A DNA stretch of 63,146 bases, counting the filler, from Chiloscyllium plagiosum (Eukaryota): NCBI RefSeq assembly GCF_004010195.1. It is 4 parts of one record of this genome, joined end to end, with 100 filler letters (N's around TTAATTAATTAA, not from the genome) between each part and the next. Parts side by side here need not be neighbours in the genome. Positions count along the whole stretch, not along the records: positions 30,808 to 51,160 come from NC_057713.1; positions 51,261 to 59,325 come from NC_057713.1; 2 more parts are not named here. One strand, 5' to 3'. The notes under the pieces were generated by a model. That model was given only the letters and a program-made list of their open reading frames with translations, ran no database searches and was not told the origin of the DNA. The translations under genes and the position numbers were made by a program. Position 1 is the stretch's first letter. Each line of letters starts with the position of its first letter. This document shows positions 39,380 to 52,900 of the stretch, one piece after another.

Positions 39380-40878
39380 AATGTCCTTCAGGAAACAAAA
39401 TCCATCATCCTCTCCAGGTTTGGCCTACATGTAACTCCAGATCTATAGCTATGTGGTTGACTCTCAGTGTTCTCTGAAATGACATAGCAAGTCACACAGT
39501 TATCTCAATCACTAAGAAGTCTCAAAAAGAAATGAAACTGGACAACCATATGGCATTGATCAAGACACCAGAAAAGACAATGGCACAAACAGCCCTGTCG
39601 ACCTTGCAAAGTCCTCCTTAATAACATCTGGAGGCTAGTGCCAAAATTGGGAGAGTCATCTCATAGACTAAGCCAAGCAACAATCTGGCACAGTCATACT
39701 CACAGAATCATATCTGACAATGTCCTAGACACCACCATCACCAGAAGGACAGACCAAGCAGAAGTTGTCGCACAATGGTATCAGTTGGGAAGAAGCTCTC
39801 AACATCAACTCCTTGCCCTATCAACTCTCAGTTTCAGGTTAAACATGGGCAAGGAAACCTCTTGCTGATTGCCAGATACTGTCCTCCCTCAGGCGATGAA
39901 TCAGTACACCTCCATGTTGAATACTTGGAGAAAGCACCGAGGGTAGCAAAAGCACAAAATGCATTTTGGGAGGGGGATTTCTATGTCCTCCATCAAGAAT
40001 GGCTTGGCAACAGCACTAAAAGACATAGCTGTTAGATTAGGTTTGCCGCAGGTAGTGAGAGAAACAACAGAAGGTTAAACCATGCTTGGCCTCGCACTTA
40101 CTAATTTGCCAGCTGCAGATGCATCTGTCCATTACAGTACTGGTAAGAGTGACCACTGCACAGTCCTTGTGGAGATGACATCCCACTTCACAATGAGAAT
40201 ACCCTCCAATTGTTGTGTGGAACTATCACTGTGCTAAATAGGAGAGACTTCGAACAGATCTAGCAACTCAGGACTGAGCATCTATAAGGCACATGGACCA
40301 TCAACAACACAATCTATAATCTCAAGGCCTGGCATATCCCCCACTGAATTGTTATCATCAGCCCTGGTTCAATGGATTATGCAAGAAGCCATGCTAGGAG
40401 CAGCATTAGACATAAATAAAAATGACACGTCAACCTGGTGAATCTACCAAACAGGGCTATTTGTATGCTAAACAGCATACACAGCAAGTGATAGAGTAAA
40501 GCAATTCCATAACCAATGGATCAGGTCTAAGCTCTGCATCCCTACCACATCTAGCTGTGAATTAATGGTGAACAACTAAACAACTCACCAGAGGAGGAGG
40601 CTCTACAAATATCCCCATCCTCAATGATGGAAGAGGCCAATACATCAGTGCAAAAGGTAAGGCTGAAGCATTCGCTGCAATCTTCAGATAGTATTACCAA
40701 GTGGATGATCCCTCTCGGCCTCCTCCAGTGGCCAACTGCATTTCAAAATACTCGTCTTCAGCCAATTCGATTCACTCTGTTTAACAGTAAGTAGTAGTTG
40801 GAGATACTGGATATTACAAAGACCATCAGCTCTGACAACATGTTGTCAACGGTACTGAAGTCTTGTGCTCCAGAACCA
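39380..40878 (+). mobile_element. LINE-B 5' part (SINE-B-like core followed by APE endonuclease)
   Basis: NIWRLVPKLGE, YCPPSGD, GDFYV, GKSDH motifs, degenerate. Confidence 0.75.
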
Positions 40879-41689
40879 CTGAAGTTCATTTGATGGAAGT
40901 ACACAGACAATAACAATGACACTGAAAGAACAGCGATACAGTCCCAAGTCACGATGATGTGTAACTTGGAGGGGAACTTCAAGGGTGGTGTTCTCATACA
41001 CCTGCTATTTCTTTCCTGCATCACCTTAAGTTGGAAGTAAATATGGAGCCTTTACAGTCAAAAATTGTTCATTGACATGCTGTTGTTGGGACAGGAAGCA
41101 AGTGACAATGCTGCGCTCGGAACTTACTTTTTAGAGTTACTTCCTATTTGACCCTGCAGACTGTTTTCTGTCATCACATCACTGGGGTGGTGCACTAGAT
41201 GTTAATTCCCACTATTTCCAGAGTTGTCACAAATTCAATTAAAACACTAAATTACTCAATTTTACCTAAATGCATAATTCACATTTAAAGAATAGGCACA
41301 CATTTTTTCATTAACAAGAAAACAAAGTTTTAGCATAATCATTATAACTGAAAAAGGTTCTGAAGAAAGGTCTTGATCCCAAAATGTTAACTTTGCTTCT
41401 CTCTCCACAGATGCTGCCAGACCTACTGAGTTTTTCTGGCAATTTTGGCTAATGTAATCAAATTGTTTTTAATCAATGTCAAGAAAGAAACAAATTGCAA
41501 ACTCATTGTCTCTAACTTAAACTCCTCTTGTCATCCAAGGTTCCTTCACCCTACCACTGCTCCCTTGCCTCAGTGGGACAAACCCATCCAGTACTATCAG
41601 CAAGTGGTCCCAAAACAAGCTCCACATTTCTGTCATGTATTTCCCTGAGAATATCTGTTCCCAATTTATGCTCTACAGTTCCTGCCTAA

Positions 41690-42415
41690 TAGCATTTTAA
41701 TTCCCCATCTCCAATTAAATTCTTTCCCATACCATCTAGTCCAATTCTTTCCCATGACTATAGTAAAGGCCAGGGAGTTGTAATTACTGTCACCGAAATG
41801 ATCTCCCTGAGAGATCCGACACTTGGCGTGGTTTATTGCCAAGTACCAAATGCAATATGGCCTCCCCTCTAGTTGGCCTATCTACATAGTGAGTCAGAAA
41901 TCCTTCCTGGACACACTGACAAAGACTGCTCCATCCAAACTATTTGAAACAAGTGGGTTCCAATCTAAATTGGAGAAGTTAAAGTCACCCACAACAACAA
42001 CCCTGTTACTTCTGCACCTTTCCAAAATCTGCCTCTCAATCTCCTCCTCCATATCTCTGTTGCTATTGGGGGGGGGGGGGGGGGTTGTAGAAAACTCCCA
42101 ATAAAGTGACAGTTCCTTTCATTTTTCTGACTTCTATCCATATTGATTGTGTCAACAAACCCTACTCGACAACCTCTCTTTTTGCAGCTGTGATACTATC
42201 CCTGATCAGCAATGCCACTCCCCCACCTCTTTTACCTCCCCCTATTCCTCTTGAAATATCTAAACCATAGAACATCCAACAACCATTCCTGTCCTCATGA
42301 TACCCAAGTCTCCGTAATGGCCACCACATCATAGTTCTAAGTATTGATCCATGCTCCAAGTTCATCACCCTTATTCCTGACATTTCTTACGTTAAAATAG
42401 ACACACTTCAACCCA
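41690..42415 (-). mobile_element. CR1 APE fragment
   Basis: KRGGGVALLIRD, VVVGDFNF. Confidence 0.85.
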
Positions 42416-42704
42416 CCTCTATAGGCCATCCATATAGCAATTACCTCAATTAGCTCTGTGATCCAGATGTTGTTTCATCACCTACAGCACAGACATATAT
42501 AGTCAATTTGGAGGCTTTGAAACAGTATTGCCAGAAGCTATCAAGCCCATTGCTGCCTTATAGCTCTTTTTTCAGCTAGTATTGCCCATGCACATTGTGA
42601 TAAAGATATATGTTAAAATCATTTTCGGAATTTGGATGATAAAATAGAGGTAACATTCATTTCACTTCTATGAAAGGTTTTGCTTTAGGTTCTTCAGAGA
42701 AGAG

Positions 42705-42931
42705 TCATAGAACATAGAAGAATACAGCGCAGTACAGGCCCTTCGGCCCTCGATGTTGCACCGATCCAAGCCCACCTAACCTACACTAGCCCACTATCCT
42801 CCATATGCCTATCCAATGCCCGCTTAAATGCCCATAATGAGGGAGAGTCCACCACTGCTACTGGCAGGGCATTCCATGAACTCACGACTCGCTGAGTAAA
42901 GAACCTACACCTAACATCTGTCCTATACCTA
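42705..42931 (-). mobile_element. Young CR1 3' tip
   Basis: FFTQRVVSSWNALP, CpGs retained. Confidence 0.9.
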
Positions 42932-43136
42932 CCCAAATATCTAGTAATATCTAGTAACACATGGTAGTGCATATAAAACAATTGGAAGACCTGTTTAAGT
43001 AGTTGCACTTGTCTGGCAGTAGTAATTTTAGCCCAAATTTATTTCTCAAAAGCAAGTATAACATACCTAGGACATACCATAGGACAAGAACAAGTGTTGC
43101 CATGGTCAGTAAAAGTGAAGGCTGGACTAGAATTAG

Positions 43137-43353
43137 ACCAAGTCAGATGTCACACAACACCAGGTTATTGTCCAACTGGTTTATTTGAAATCTCAAGCTG
43201 TCGGAGCACTACTCCTTCATCAGATGACTTCACCTGATGAAGGAGCAGCACACCGAAAGCTTGTGATTTCAAATAAACCTGTTGGACCATGATGAATTGC
43301 CGTGTGACCTCTGACTTTGTCCATCCCAGTCCAACACTCACACCTCCGCATCA
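43137..43353. mobile_element. Fold-back PLE-terminus mini-element (second family) with hammerhead cores
   Basis: ~90-bp arms, ~32-nt tail, TSD tagaattag; tcacCTGATGA..GAAAGCTTgtga at 43230-43266. Confidence 0.85.
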
Positions 43354-43749
43354 TAGAATTAGCCCATGAGATGTAGGAGCACAAGTAAGTCATTTAACCC
43401 ATCAAGTTTGCTTTGCATTTTCTGTGCGAAGTCCAAGCAGGAAGCCATTGGCGAGATTATCCGAAGAGCAGCAATCTTACACCATTTGCCATTGTGACCC
43501 TTTATTTTTATGAAAGGAGGGAGCTCAACATTTCTGAGACCTCCGTATTTTTTGCAGTAGTCTACCTTGGGGAACCTTATCAAACGCCTTACTAAAATCC
43601 ATATACAGTCATATCAGACTCAAAACATTAATTTTGTTTCTCTCTCCACAGATGCAGCCAGACCTGCTGATTGTTCTGGCATTTTCTATTTTTATTATTG
43701 AAAATTTGGTTTGCTGTCTACATCAAGGTGTTTGTTGAAACTGTCATGT

Positions 43750-46410
43750 ATAAAAAAAAGAACAAAGGAAATTACAGGATAGGAACAGGCCCTTTGGCCC
43801 ACCAAGCCTGCACCGATCCAGATCCTGCATCTAAACCTGTCACTTATTTTCTAAGGGTCTGTATCCCTCTGCTCTCTGGCCATTCATGTATCTTTCTAGA
43901 TGCATCTTAAATGACAGTACCATGCCTGCCTCTACCACCTCCACTGGCAACATGTTACAGGCACCTACCTCCCTCTGCGTAAAGAACTTCCAACACATAT
44001 CTCCCCTAAACTTTTCCTCTCTCACTTTGAACTTGTGATCCCTAGTAATTGAGACTCCCACTCTGGTAGCTTTTTGCTACCAACCTGGCTTATACCTCTC
44101 ATGATTTTGTAAACATCAATCATGATCCCCCCAACTTCCGTCTTTCTAATGAAAACAATACTAATCCACACAACCTCTCTTCACCACCAGCGTCCTCCAT
44201 ACTCAGCAATACCCTGGTGAACTTCCTCCGCACCCTGTGGTTAAACCAAAGTCTTATACAACTGTAACATGACCTGCCAACTCTTGTACTCAATACCCCA
44301 TCCAAGGAAAGCATGCCATATGCCTTCTTGACCACTTTACTCACCTGCGTTGTCACCTTCAGGGAATAATAGACCTGAACACCCAGATCACTGTGTACAA
44401 CAATTTTCCCCAGGACATTTCCATTTACCGCATAGTTTGCTCTTGAATTGGATCTTCCAAAATGCATCATTTCACATTTGCCTGGATTGAACTCCATCTG
44501 CCATTTCTCTGCTTAACTTTCCAATCTATTTATAGTCTACTGTAATCTCTGACAGTCCCCTTCACTATCTGCCACTCCACCAATCTTCGTGTCATCCGCA
44601 AACTTGCTAATCAGATCACCTATAACTTCCTCCAAATCACTTATATATATGACGAACAACAGTGGCCCCAGCACAGATCCCTGTGGAACACCACTGGTCA
44701 CAGGTCTCCATTTTGAGAAACTCCCTTCCTATTTATATTCTACTGTAATCTCTGACAGTCCCCTTCACTATCTGCTACTCCACCAATCTTAGTGTCATCC
44801 GCAAACTTGCTAATCAGATCACCTATAACTTCCTCCAAATCACTTATATAAATGACGAACAACAGTGGCCCCAGCACAGATCCCTGTGGAACACCACTGG
44901 TCACAGGTCTCCATTTTGAGAAACTCCCTTCCACTACTACTCTGTCTCCTGTTGCCCAGCCAGTTCTTTATCCATCTAGCTAATACACCATGCGACTTCA
45001 TTTTCTCCATCAGCCTACCATGGGGAACCTTATCAAATGCCTTAGTGATGTCCATAAATATATGACATCGACAGCACTTCCCACATCAAGCAACTTTCTT
45101 ACTTCTTCAAAGAATTCTATTAAGTTGGTAAGACATGACCTTCCCTGCATAAAACTGTGTTGCTTGTCACTGATAAGCCCATTTTCTTCCAAATGGGAAT
45201 AGATCCTATGACTCAGTATTTTCTCCAGCAGCTTCCCTACCACTGATGTCAGGCTCGCCGGTCTATAATTACCTAGATCATCCCTGCTACCCTTCTTAAA
45301 CAAGGGGACAACATTAGCAATTCTCCAGTCCTCCGGGACCTCACCCATGTTCAAGGATCATGCAAAGATATCTGTTAAGGCCCCAGCTATTTCCTCTCTC
45401 CCTTTCCTCATTAACCTGGGATAGATCCATTTCGGGCCTGGGGACTTGTCTACCTTAATGCTTTTTAGATTATTTCCTCCCTCCTTATGCTGACTTGACC
45501 TAGAGTAATCAAACATCTATCCCTAACCTCAATATCCGTCATGTTCCTCTCCTTAGTGAATACCGATGCAAAGTACTCGTTAAAAATCTCACCCATTCTC
45601 TCTGACTCCATGCATAACTTCACTCCTTTGTCCTTGAGTGGGCCAACCCTTTCTTTGGTTACCCTCTTGCTCCTGATAAATAAATGAAAGGCTTTGGGAT
45701 TTCCCTTAGCCTGGTTTGCTCAAGATGTCTCATGACCCCTTTTAGCAAACAATTCCTCGTTTCAGATTGGTCCGACATTCCCAATATTCTTCTTCCAAAG
45801 CTTCGTCTGTCTTCAGTTGCTTGGACCTGATGAAGGCTTCCTTGTGGTCTTACAATTTTACCTGTCATCAATGGTTCTCTAATCTTGCCATTTCTATCCT
45901 TCATTTTCACAGGGACATGTCTCTCCTGCAATCCAAACAATCTCTCTTTAAAAGCCTCCCATATAGCAAATGCAGATTTACCTTCCAACAGCTGCTCCCA
46001 ATCCACATTCCCCAGCTTCTGCCAAAATTTGCTATGGTTGACCTTCCCCCAATTTAGCACTTTTCATTTAGGACCACTATCATCCTTGTCTATGAGTATT
46101 CTAAAACTTACGGAATTGTGATATTCCCCAACACCAAGTGCAATATGGCCCCTTCCTGAGTTGGACTATTTACATACTGCTCTAGAAAACCCTCCTGGAT
46201 TCTCCTTACAAATTCTGCTCCATCTGGACATTTCCTATCACCACCTTGTTGTTCCTATATCTTTCCATAATCTGACATACTTGAGCCTCTATCTCACACT
46301 CACTGTTCAGCCCAAACATTGTTACTGCACCCTTCCTGTTTCTGAGCTCTGCCCATATTGCCTCACTGCTTGAGTCCTGTATCATGCCCTCCTTTAGCGC
46401 AGCTGTGATA
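43750..46410 (-). mobile_element. CR1 LINE ORF2 and 3' end
   Basis: [35 protein letters not shown]. Confidence 0.93.
44527..44932. repeat. 203-bp tandem duplication inside the CR1 RT
   Basis: 44527-44729 vs 44730-44932, about 4 substitutions. Confidence 0.92.
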
Positions 46411-46563
46411 TTCTGTGATACATATAGTTCTATCTAGTATTTCTCTTTAGCATGATAAATTTGTGTTCTTCTGTAAATAAACATTGACACACTTCTGTGA
46501 ATATGTTCACTTACTAACCAATCTGGTAGCCAACTGCCAAAATTAAACATGTGGTCTATCAAG

Positions 46564-46741
46564 TGAAATCAGCGTTAACATTTTAGGTCTGGTCATCTTT
46601 CATCTGAACTGGAGAAGGGTTACCAGACCTGAAACTTTAACTCTGATTTCTCTTCACAGATGCCGCCAGATCCGCTCAGCTTTTCCAGCAACTTCTGTTT
46701 TTGTTTCTGATTTACAGCATCCACAGTTATTTCGGTTTTTG
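46564..46741. mobile_element. Older PLE terminus with a short fold-back
   Basis: gaaatcagcgttaacattttaggtctgg pairs with ccagacctgaaactttaactctgatttc; imperfect TSD tgtggtct. Confidence 0.65.
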
Positions 46742-47647
46742 TGTGGTCTGATAAGCTAGGTTTCATTCTGGAATCTCACCTGGCCAACGTTACCATGAGC
46801 TGAGATCATAACAATACTGGAAAACAGCTATTGGACAGTTTTGTACTATGCATGACCATGAGCTTGTTTGTCAAATAATATGCTATTCGCAACACTTCTC
46901 ATCGAGGTGTCCTGTTTTGACATATCAGTAAACATCTTTCTCACTGAACTCGAGTTTTCACAAGATCTGCCACATCAGTCAAGTCCATCATCCTTTCTCT
47001 ACACTTGCGCATGTGTGACTGGAGACGATCAATGATTTCAAAAGAAAATTGGAAGGACAATTGATCTAAGTAAAACTGTCCGACTATGGGGGCCAAGCAG
47101 AAGGATGGTGTTGACTGGATTCATTCACAGGGATCCAGTGTATTCGATGGGGTGATGACACTCAGTTTTAAGAATCCTATACCCATTGCCTATCACACTA
47201 ATTAAGGTCACTACTGTGAAATTAAGTTTGGATACGTTGCAACTTTTTGCAGTTTGACAAAGTTGAAGCTATCGTATCTTGCCCCAATAGTAACTCAGAG
47301 CCATCACCCATCTGGCACAAACACACCCTTGGCGTGTCACCTTGCTAATCTGCTCAACCATAACCTGAGATACAAGTTCTATATTCAGTCCATCACCAGT
47401 ATCTCCTACCTATACATATGCCATGGGACTGGTTTCTCTTCCCCTACATCCTCCCACCACTGCAATCCTTTAAAAATTGTGCACAGAGTCAGATTGGACT
47501 GTTTCAAGTCTACCTCCGAGTTCTCTCAAATCTTACATAAGTATAGAAAAACAGAAGGAGGAAGTCTTACAGCACTCAAGCTTGTTCTGCTACTGATCTA
47601 GATCATAGGTGATTTGGAGTTGAAGTACCAAGCCAAAGTTAGGTTTG

Positions 47648-47856
47648 ACAGTGTGGTGCTGGAAAAGCACAGGTCAGACAGCATCCAAGGAGCAGGAGAG
47701 TCAACATTTCGAGCAAAAGCCCTTCAAAAGGAATCAGAATTCGGGGTTTGCCCAAAACGTCGATACTTCTGTTCCTCGGATGCTGCCTGACCTGCTGTGC
47801 TTTTCCAGCACTACACTCTCGATTTTAACCTCCAGCATCCGCAGTTGTCACTTTCA
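47648..47856. mobile_element. Fold-back PLE-terminus mini-element
   Basis: TSD ccaaagttaggtttg/ccaatgttaggtttg; inverted arms plus a ~36-nt tail. Confidence 0.85.
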
Positions 47857-49719
47857 CCAATGTTAGGTTTGGTCAACTGATCTGGGTTGGAGCAGTTGTT
47901 GCATTTGTGCACATTTCTGAGGTTTGGAAGAAGAAAATATATACAATAAAATCTAGAGGTTATAAAGAATAAATCAAAACTCCCACTCCTGATCAGACAG
48001 CAACATGATGTATGTTATCATCTCTAGACTGTCGCAGGTGTTTTACAAACAATATTAATCAACTTGCAATTATTATAAATCAGAAAACTTTCATAAGTCA
48101 TTGTTTAAAACCCCCAAGCATTTGTTTCTAGCTTTATCCAAATAAGAGAGAGATGGAAATGTAAAGATACACCAGAGATGCAAACAAACCAAGTGGAATT
48201 GTGGTTCATGTTATACAGCGCAGACAGGCATGTCTCAGTACAACAATAGTCTCAAAACAATGCAACATTAATACAGATCAGTACACATTTTAACCCCAAA
48301 CACTTCCAGAAATGGGAACCATCAACTTGCAGCCAATAGAAATCAAAGGCATCTGCAATTCTATATCCATAATACTTTGCAAACAATCAGATCTCATGCA
48401 CCATTGCTTATACAATTTTACAGAGACCAAGAAGTGACATGATACAAATAACTCCCAGGACATTCTTTTCCTACTAAAGTAGAACTTTAATATTGAGTTC
48501 AACACCTTTAAATTGAGAACCATTTTCTATTTCTTCTAGCTTGTCATGTCCTGCCCACTCTTCCCCCCCCACCACGCCACCCACCACCACCCCATCCCCC
48601 CCTCACCCCAACGCCCAACCCCAATCCTCGTGAGACTATCTGTCCTTTCAAGTATGGCAGAAGCCACACCACTGTTCTGCCATTCTCACATTCCCATCAC
48701 TTCATCTGAACGATCAACATCTTTTGTCTATCAGCACCCAAGGACCAACCTGTAGCATAAATGCTGCCCCCTCCATGCTTCAATTCACCTGAAGTAGTCG
48801 TCTGGACTCCAAAAGTTATCTTACTTTGTCTCCATGGATGCTGTCTGACCCACTGTGATCTCCAGTATCTGTTGTTTTCAGTACAGGTTCCAGTATCCGC
48901 AGTAATCTGTTCTTCCAGTTCGGTTTGACTTTTAAATTGTATTAACTTGTTTATCTTTTGGTGGACATTTATATATTTCAAATTCTAGGACAGAAATAAA
49001 ATGAATACTTTCCTTTCTCCTTTTAACATTTTGTGAGAGGACAGCTGAACTGTGACATACCATGTGTAATAAATACAAGGCTTATAAATAATGCAAACAA
49101 CCAGATGTTTATGATCAGTGTGACAGATTTATTAATATAAATTGATAGATTTATTTCTCCATTCCATTTCGAGTGAATGTTTAAACTCTTATTGAATCTG
49201 ACTTTCTGAACATCTGCAGATCACTGATATTTTGTCCAAAAGGGTTTCTTCCTGTTAGAGTCAGGACATGGAATGTACGCACACTTTTCATTCCACGGAA
49301 AGAAGTCACTCATACAACTACAGGTTCAAGGACTGCAATCAGCAGCAGGAACTAAGGCGGTTTCTCCTATTCCAGCCAGTGCATAGCTTATAATGGCAGT
49401 TGCATAAATCTTTGATGATTCACTTAAAAGACTAGAGCTGTGCAAATGGTCCAGGGTTCAATGTTGTTTCAAAGTTTGATGAAATTGACCAGCTGCCTTT
49501 TAGTAGCTAAACTTAGCTTCTCTCACAACACAGCATTGAAGGATGCTTTGTACAGCCAGGTCACATCTATTCCATACCTACTTGCTGCATAAATATATAG
49601 AAAACGATGACAGGAAAAGGTCAGCTGGACAATCATACTTCTTAGTCCTGGTACATTGGCAGCTTCCCATCAGTCCATAGGGCTTTTTTCTTCATTCAAG
49701 AGATGTGACTAGTGAACAT

Positions 49720-49852
49720 CACCATGTCTCACGTGAAGGAAGAGGTTGAGAAGGAGAGTCCTTCATGGTAACCTTAGTCAGTGCGGGGATGGAACCCACA
49801 TTTTTGGTATCACTTTGCATCACAACCCAGCCAACCAAACTAACTGACCACC
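49720..49852 (-). mobile_element. tRNA-derived SINE fragment
   Basis: Minus-strand A/B-box-like motifs (gtcagttagtttgg, gggttccatccc). Confidence 0.5.
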
Positions 49853-50404
49853 GAACTGCTTTTTTCACCTTTAACATTTTGCAAGAGAAAGGTTGACCTG
49901 AAACATAACATGTGTGAAAGATAGGCGGCTTATAAATCATGCATATGTACCCGAATTGGATGAAGGTTGTGATAGATTTATTTAATAAGAGATTGATAGA
50001 CTTATTTCTCCAATGGCACAATACAAACCATGGACACCATCCTCCTTCTTGTCCTCCGGTGTCCTACAACATAATTTCTTCCACTTAAGCAGGAGTATAC
50101 ATTAGCACAGTTCCCCACTTGAGCAGATTGGGAACTATTTCATTGTTGAGCATCAGCTGTTATGTTGCAATGTTTGGGTATTAACAGGAAAGCCTCTCTG
50201 ACAAACCAAGGCCAAGATTTGATACTGACCATGTCAGAATGATTCACAAGCAGATCTGCTCCGTTGACAAGTGCTCCTTACATCATCTAAGGCTGCTCTC
50301 CAAATTCACCAACCTACCCACAAAGGTTGCTGCAAACATTTAGTTGATGTCAGACCAATACCTGTGGCATACTTCTGAAATTTCATTGGTAAAACCTTTG
50401 TCTA

Positions 50405-51160
50405 GAACAAGAACAAAGAATAAAGAAAATTTACAGCCTAGGAACAGGCCCTTCGACCCTCTAAGCCTGAGCCGATCCAAATGTACTGTCTAAACCTGTC
50501 GGTCAATTCTTAAACATCTCTAACCCTCTGCTCCCCACCTACTCATGCATCTGTCCAGACACATCTTAAATTAATCTATCGTGCCTGCCTCAACCACCTC
50601 TGCTATGTGTGAAGTACTTACCGCGTGCATCCCCCTTAAACTTTCCACCTCTCACTTTGAAAGCATGACCTCTCGTTATGGAATCCTTTACCGTGTCTAT
50701 ATCCTTCATGATTTTGTAAACCTCAATCAGGTCCTCCCTCTAGTTCTAGTGAAAATAAATCTAACCTACTCAACCTCTCTTCATCGCGAACACCTTCCAT
50801 ACCAGGCAACATCCTCGTAAACCTTCTCTGCACCCTCTCCAAAGAATCCACATCCTTTTGGTAATGTGACGCCCAGAACTGTACAGAGTAGTCTAAATGC
50901 GGCCGAACCAATGTCTTGTACAATTTTAACATGACTTGTCAGCTCTTATACTCAATACCCCGTCCAATGAAGGCAAGCATACTATATGCCTTCTTGACCA
51001 CTCTATCCACCTGTGCAGCAACCTTCAGGGTACAATGGACCTGCACTCCCAGATCTCTCTGCCCATCAACGTTTCCCAAGGTTCTTCCGTTCATTGTATA
51101 ATTCGCTCTAGAATTAGTCTTGCCTAAATGCATCACCTCACATTTGTCTGGATTGAAAGC
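50405..51160 (-). mobile_element. CR1 LINE 3' end
   Basis: LYKTLVRPHLDYSVQFW. Confidence 0.92.
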
Positions 51161-51260
51161 NNNNNNNNNNNNNNNNNNNNNNNNNNNNNNNNNNNNNNNN
51201 NNNNTTAATTAATTAANNNNNNNNNNNNNNNNNNNNNNNNNNNNNNNNNNNNNNNNNNNN
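51161..51260. other. Artificial contig-joining spacer
   Basis: 44N-TTAATTAATTAA-44N. Confidence 0.95.
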
Positions 51261-51849
51261 CCACCCCTCCCCATTGATCAATCAACATTTGACTCCTGAC
51301 CGCACCCCTCCCCACCAACCGCCCTCCATCCTGACCTCCGACTTGACCACCCATGATTATCACCCACCACAACCCTTGACCCTGCTGTGATCATCCCCTC
51401 CCACTGACCAGTCCACCTCCTGACCCCTATCCCTGACCTGATCCAGCCTCCTCACCAACCATCCTGATCACTGACTTGACCACTCTCCTCCCAGTTCCCC
51501 CTCTGACCCCTGACCATTCCCCTACCCCTCTGCCACGTCTCTCACCACCTCGATGACTGTTCCCACTGATCCACGCCTCACAATACTATATTGTGTTGCC
51601 CATCATTCAGAATCCCACCGTCTTCCTGCCTTCCCTCAATTACGTACCTGAGCTGATAGCACCAAGTGAGTGATCTTCCTGTCATGGTGCATTGTAGTCA
51701 CACGGGAGTATTTGCCCTTCTCAGGATTGGTGCTGTTTATAATTCCCTCCTGTCACTCAGTCAGAGTTACCCAACATTACATAGGTCAAAGCAGCCCCAC
51801 CTGACTGGCACCACACCCACAAACACCCCCTCCCTCCCCCACTGACCCT

Positions 51850-52206
51850 CAGTAACAGCAGTGTGTACTATCTACAAGATGCACTGCAGAAACTCACCAA
51901 AGACCCTCAGATAGCACCTTCCAAACCCACGACCATTTCCATCGAGAAGGACAAGGGCAGCAGATACATGGGAACACCACCCCCTGCAGGTTCCCCTCCA
52001 AGCCCCTCGCCATCCTGACTTGGAAATATATCGTTGTTTCTTCAGTGTCACTGGGTCAGAATCCTGGAATTCCCTCCCTAAGGGACATTGTGGGTCTACC
52101 TACAGCACATGGACTGTAGTGGTTCAGGAAGGCAGCTCACCCCCATCTTCTCAAGGGGCAACTAGGGACGGGCAGTAAATACTGGGCCCAGCCAGTGATG
52201 CCCATG
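51850..52206 (+). mobile_element. LINE-B 3' end
   Basis: Highly similar to 58440-58757. Confidence 0.85.
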
Positions 52207-52245
52207 TTGTTGAAGTGGATTGATGAGGCCAGATTGTGGAGTAAA

Positions 52246-52861
52246 TTATGGACCAGACCAGGCCCCTCAGTACATTGTCAGACAGTAGCCTGGACCCTGA
52301 TGGTTCCTTATGTTCACGGTCGATGTGAAGTGAATGTTCCTGATGTGGTGTGACTGGTCAAAGTGCTCAACATCAAATATAACACAATGTACTGGAACAC
52401 TATCATTACACTTCACACAAAAGAAAGAGGAATTTAGAATGACTTAACGATAGGCAAACTTAACGATTGGCAAACTTAACGATTGGCAAACTTAACGATT
52501 GGCAAACTTAACTGAACAATGGGTGCTGTAACTATGACTAATTAACTGTTCCAATACCAGAAACATGCCCCTTGGCAAATGCAGACACAGATTCTCAGAT
52601 ACATTCTCCAATGCAGCAGGAAGCAATATTGAGACATTTCACAGACGAGCAGCCAGGACACACTCACTGAACTTTCCAACTCTGTTGAGACCCCCAAGAG
52701 CTGTTTATGTTACTGAGGAACCCACAACCCAAAATTCAGATTTCTGGATCTGTGAGAGCTACCCACAACCACTCAGGCTGTTTACAAAACCACCCCAGTC
52801 CTCCCAGGCTGTTTACACAAGGTGCCTTCAGCAGAGTCCAGTAAATCCTTTTCAAGTGACA
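52246..52861. mobile_element. Probable solo LTR
   Basis: Recognised as a shark interspersed repeat ending TGACA; no TSD confirmed. Confidence 0.4.
52442..52512. repeat. 16-bp minisatellite (acttaacgattggcaa) x4.4
   Basis: Seen directly, one mismatch. Confidence 0.95.
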
Positions 52862-52900
52862 GCATTGTGCCAGTGGGATGAGCTTGTTGTTGTGTTTCAG

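Noticed and set aside
52442..52512. CRISPR-like array
   Set aside because: Head-to-tail 16-mers with no spacers, in a vertebrate context
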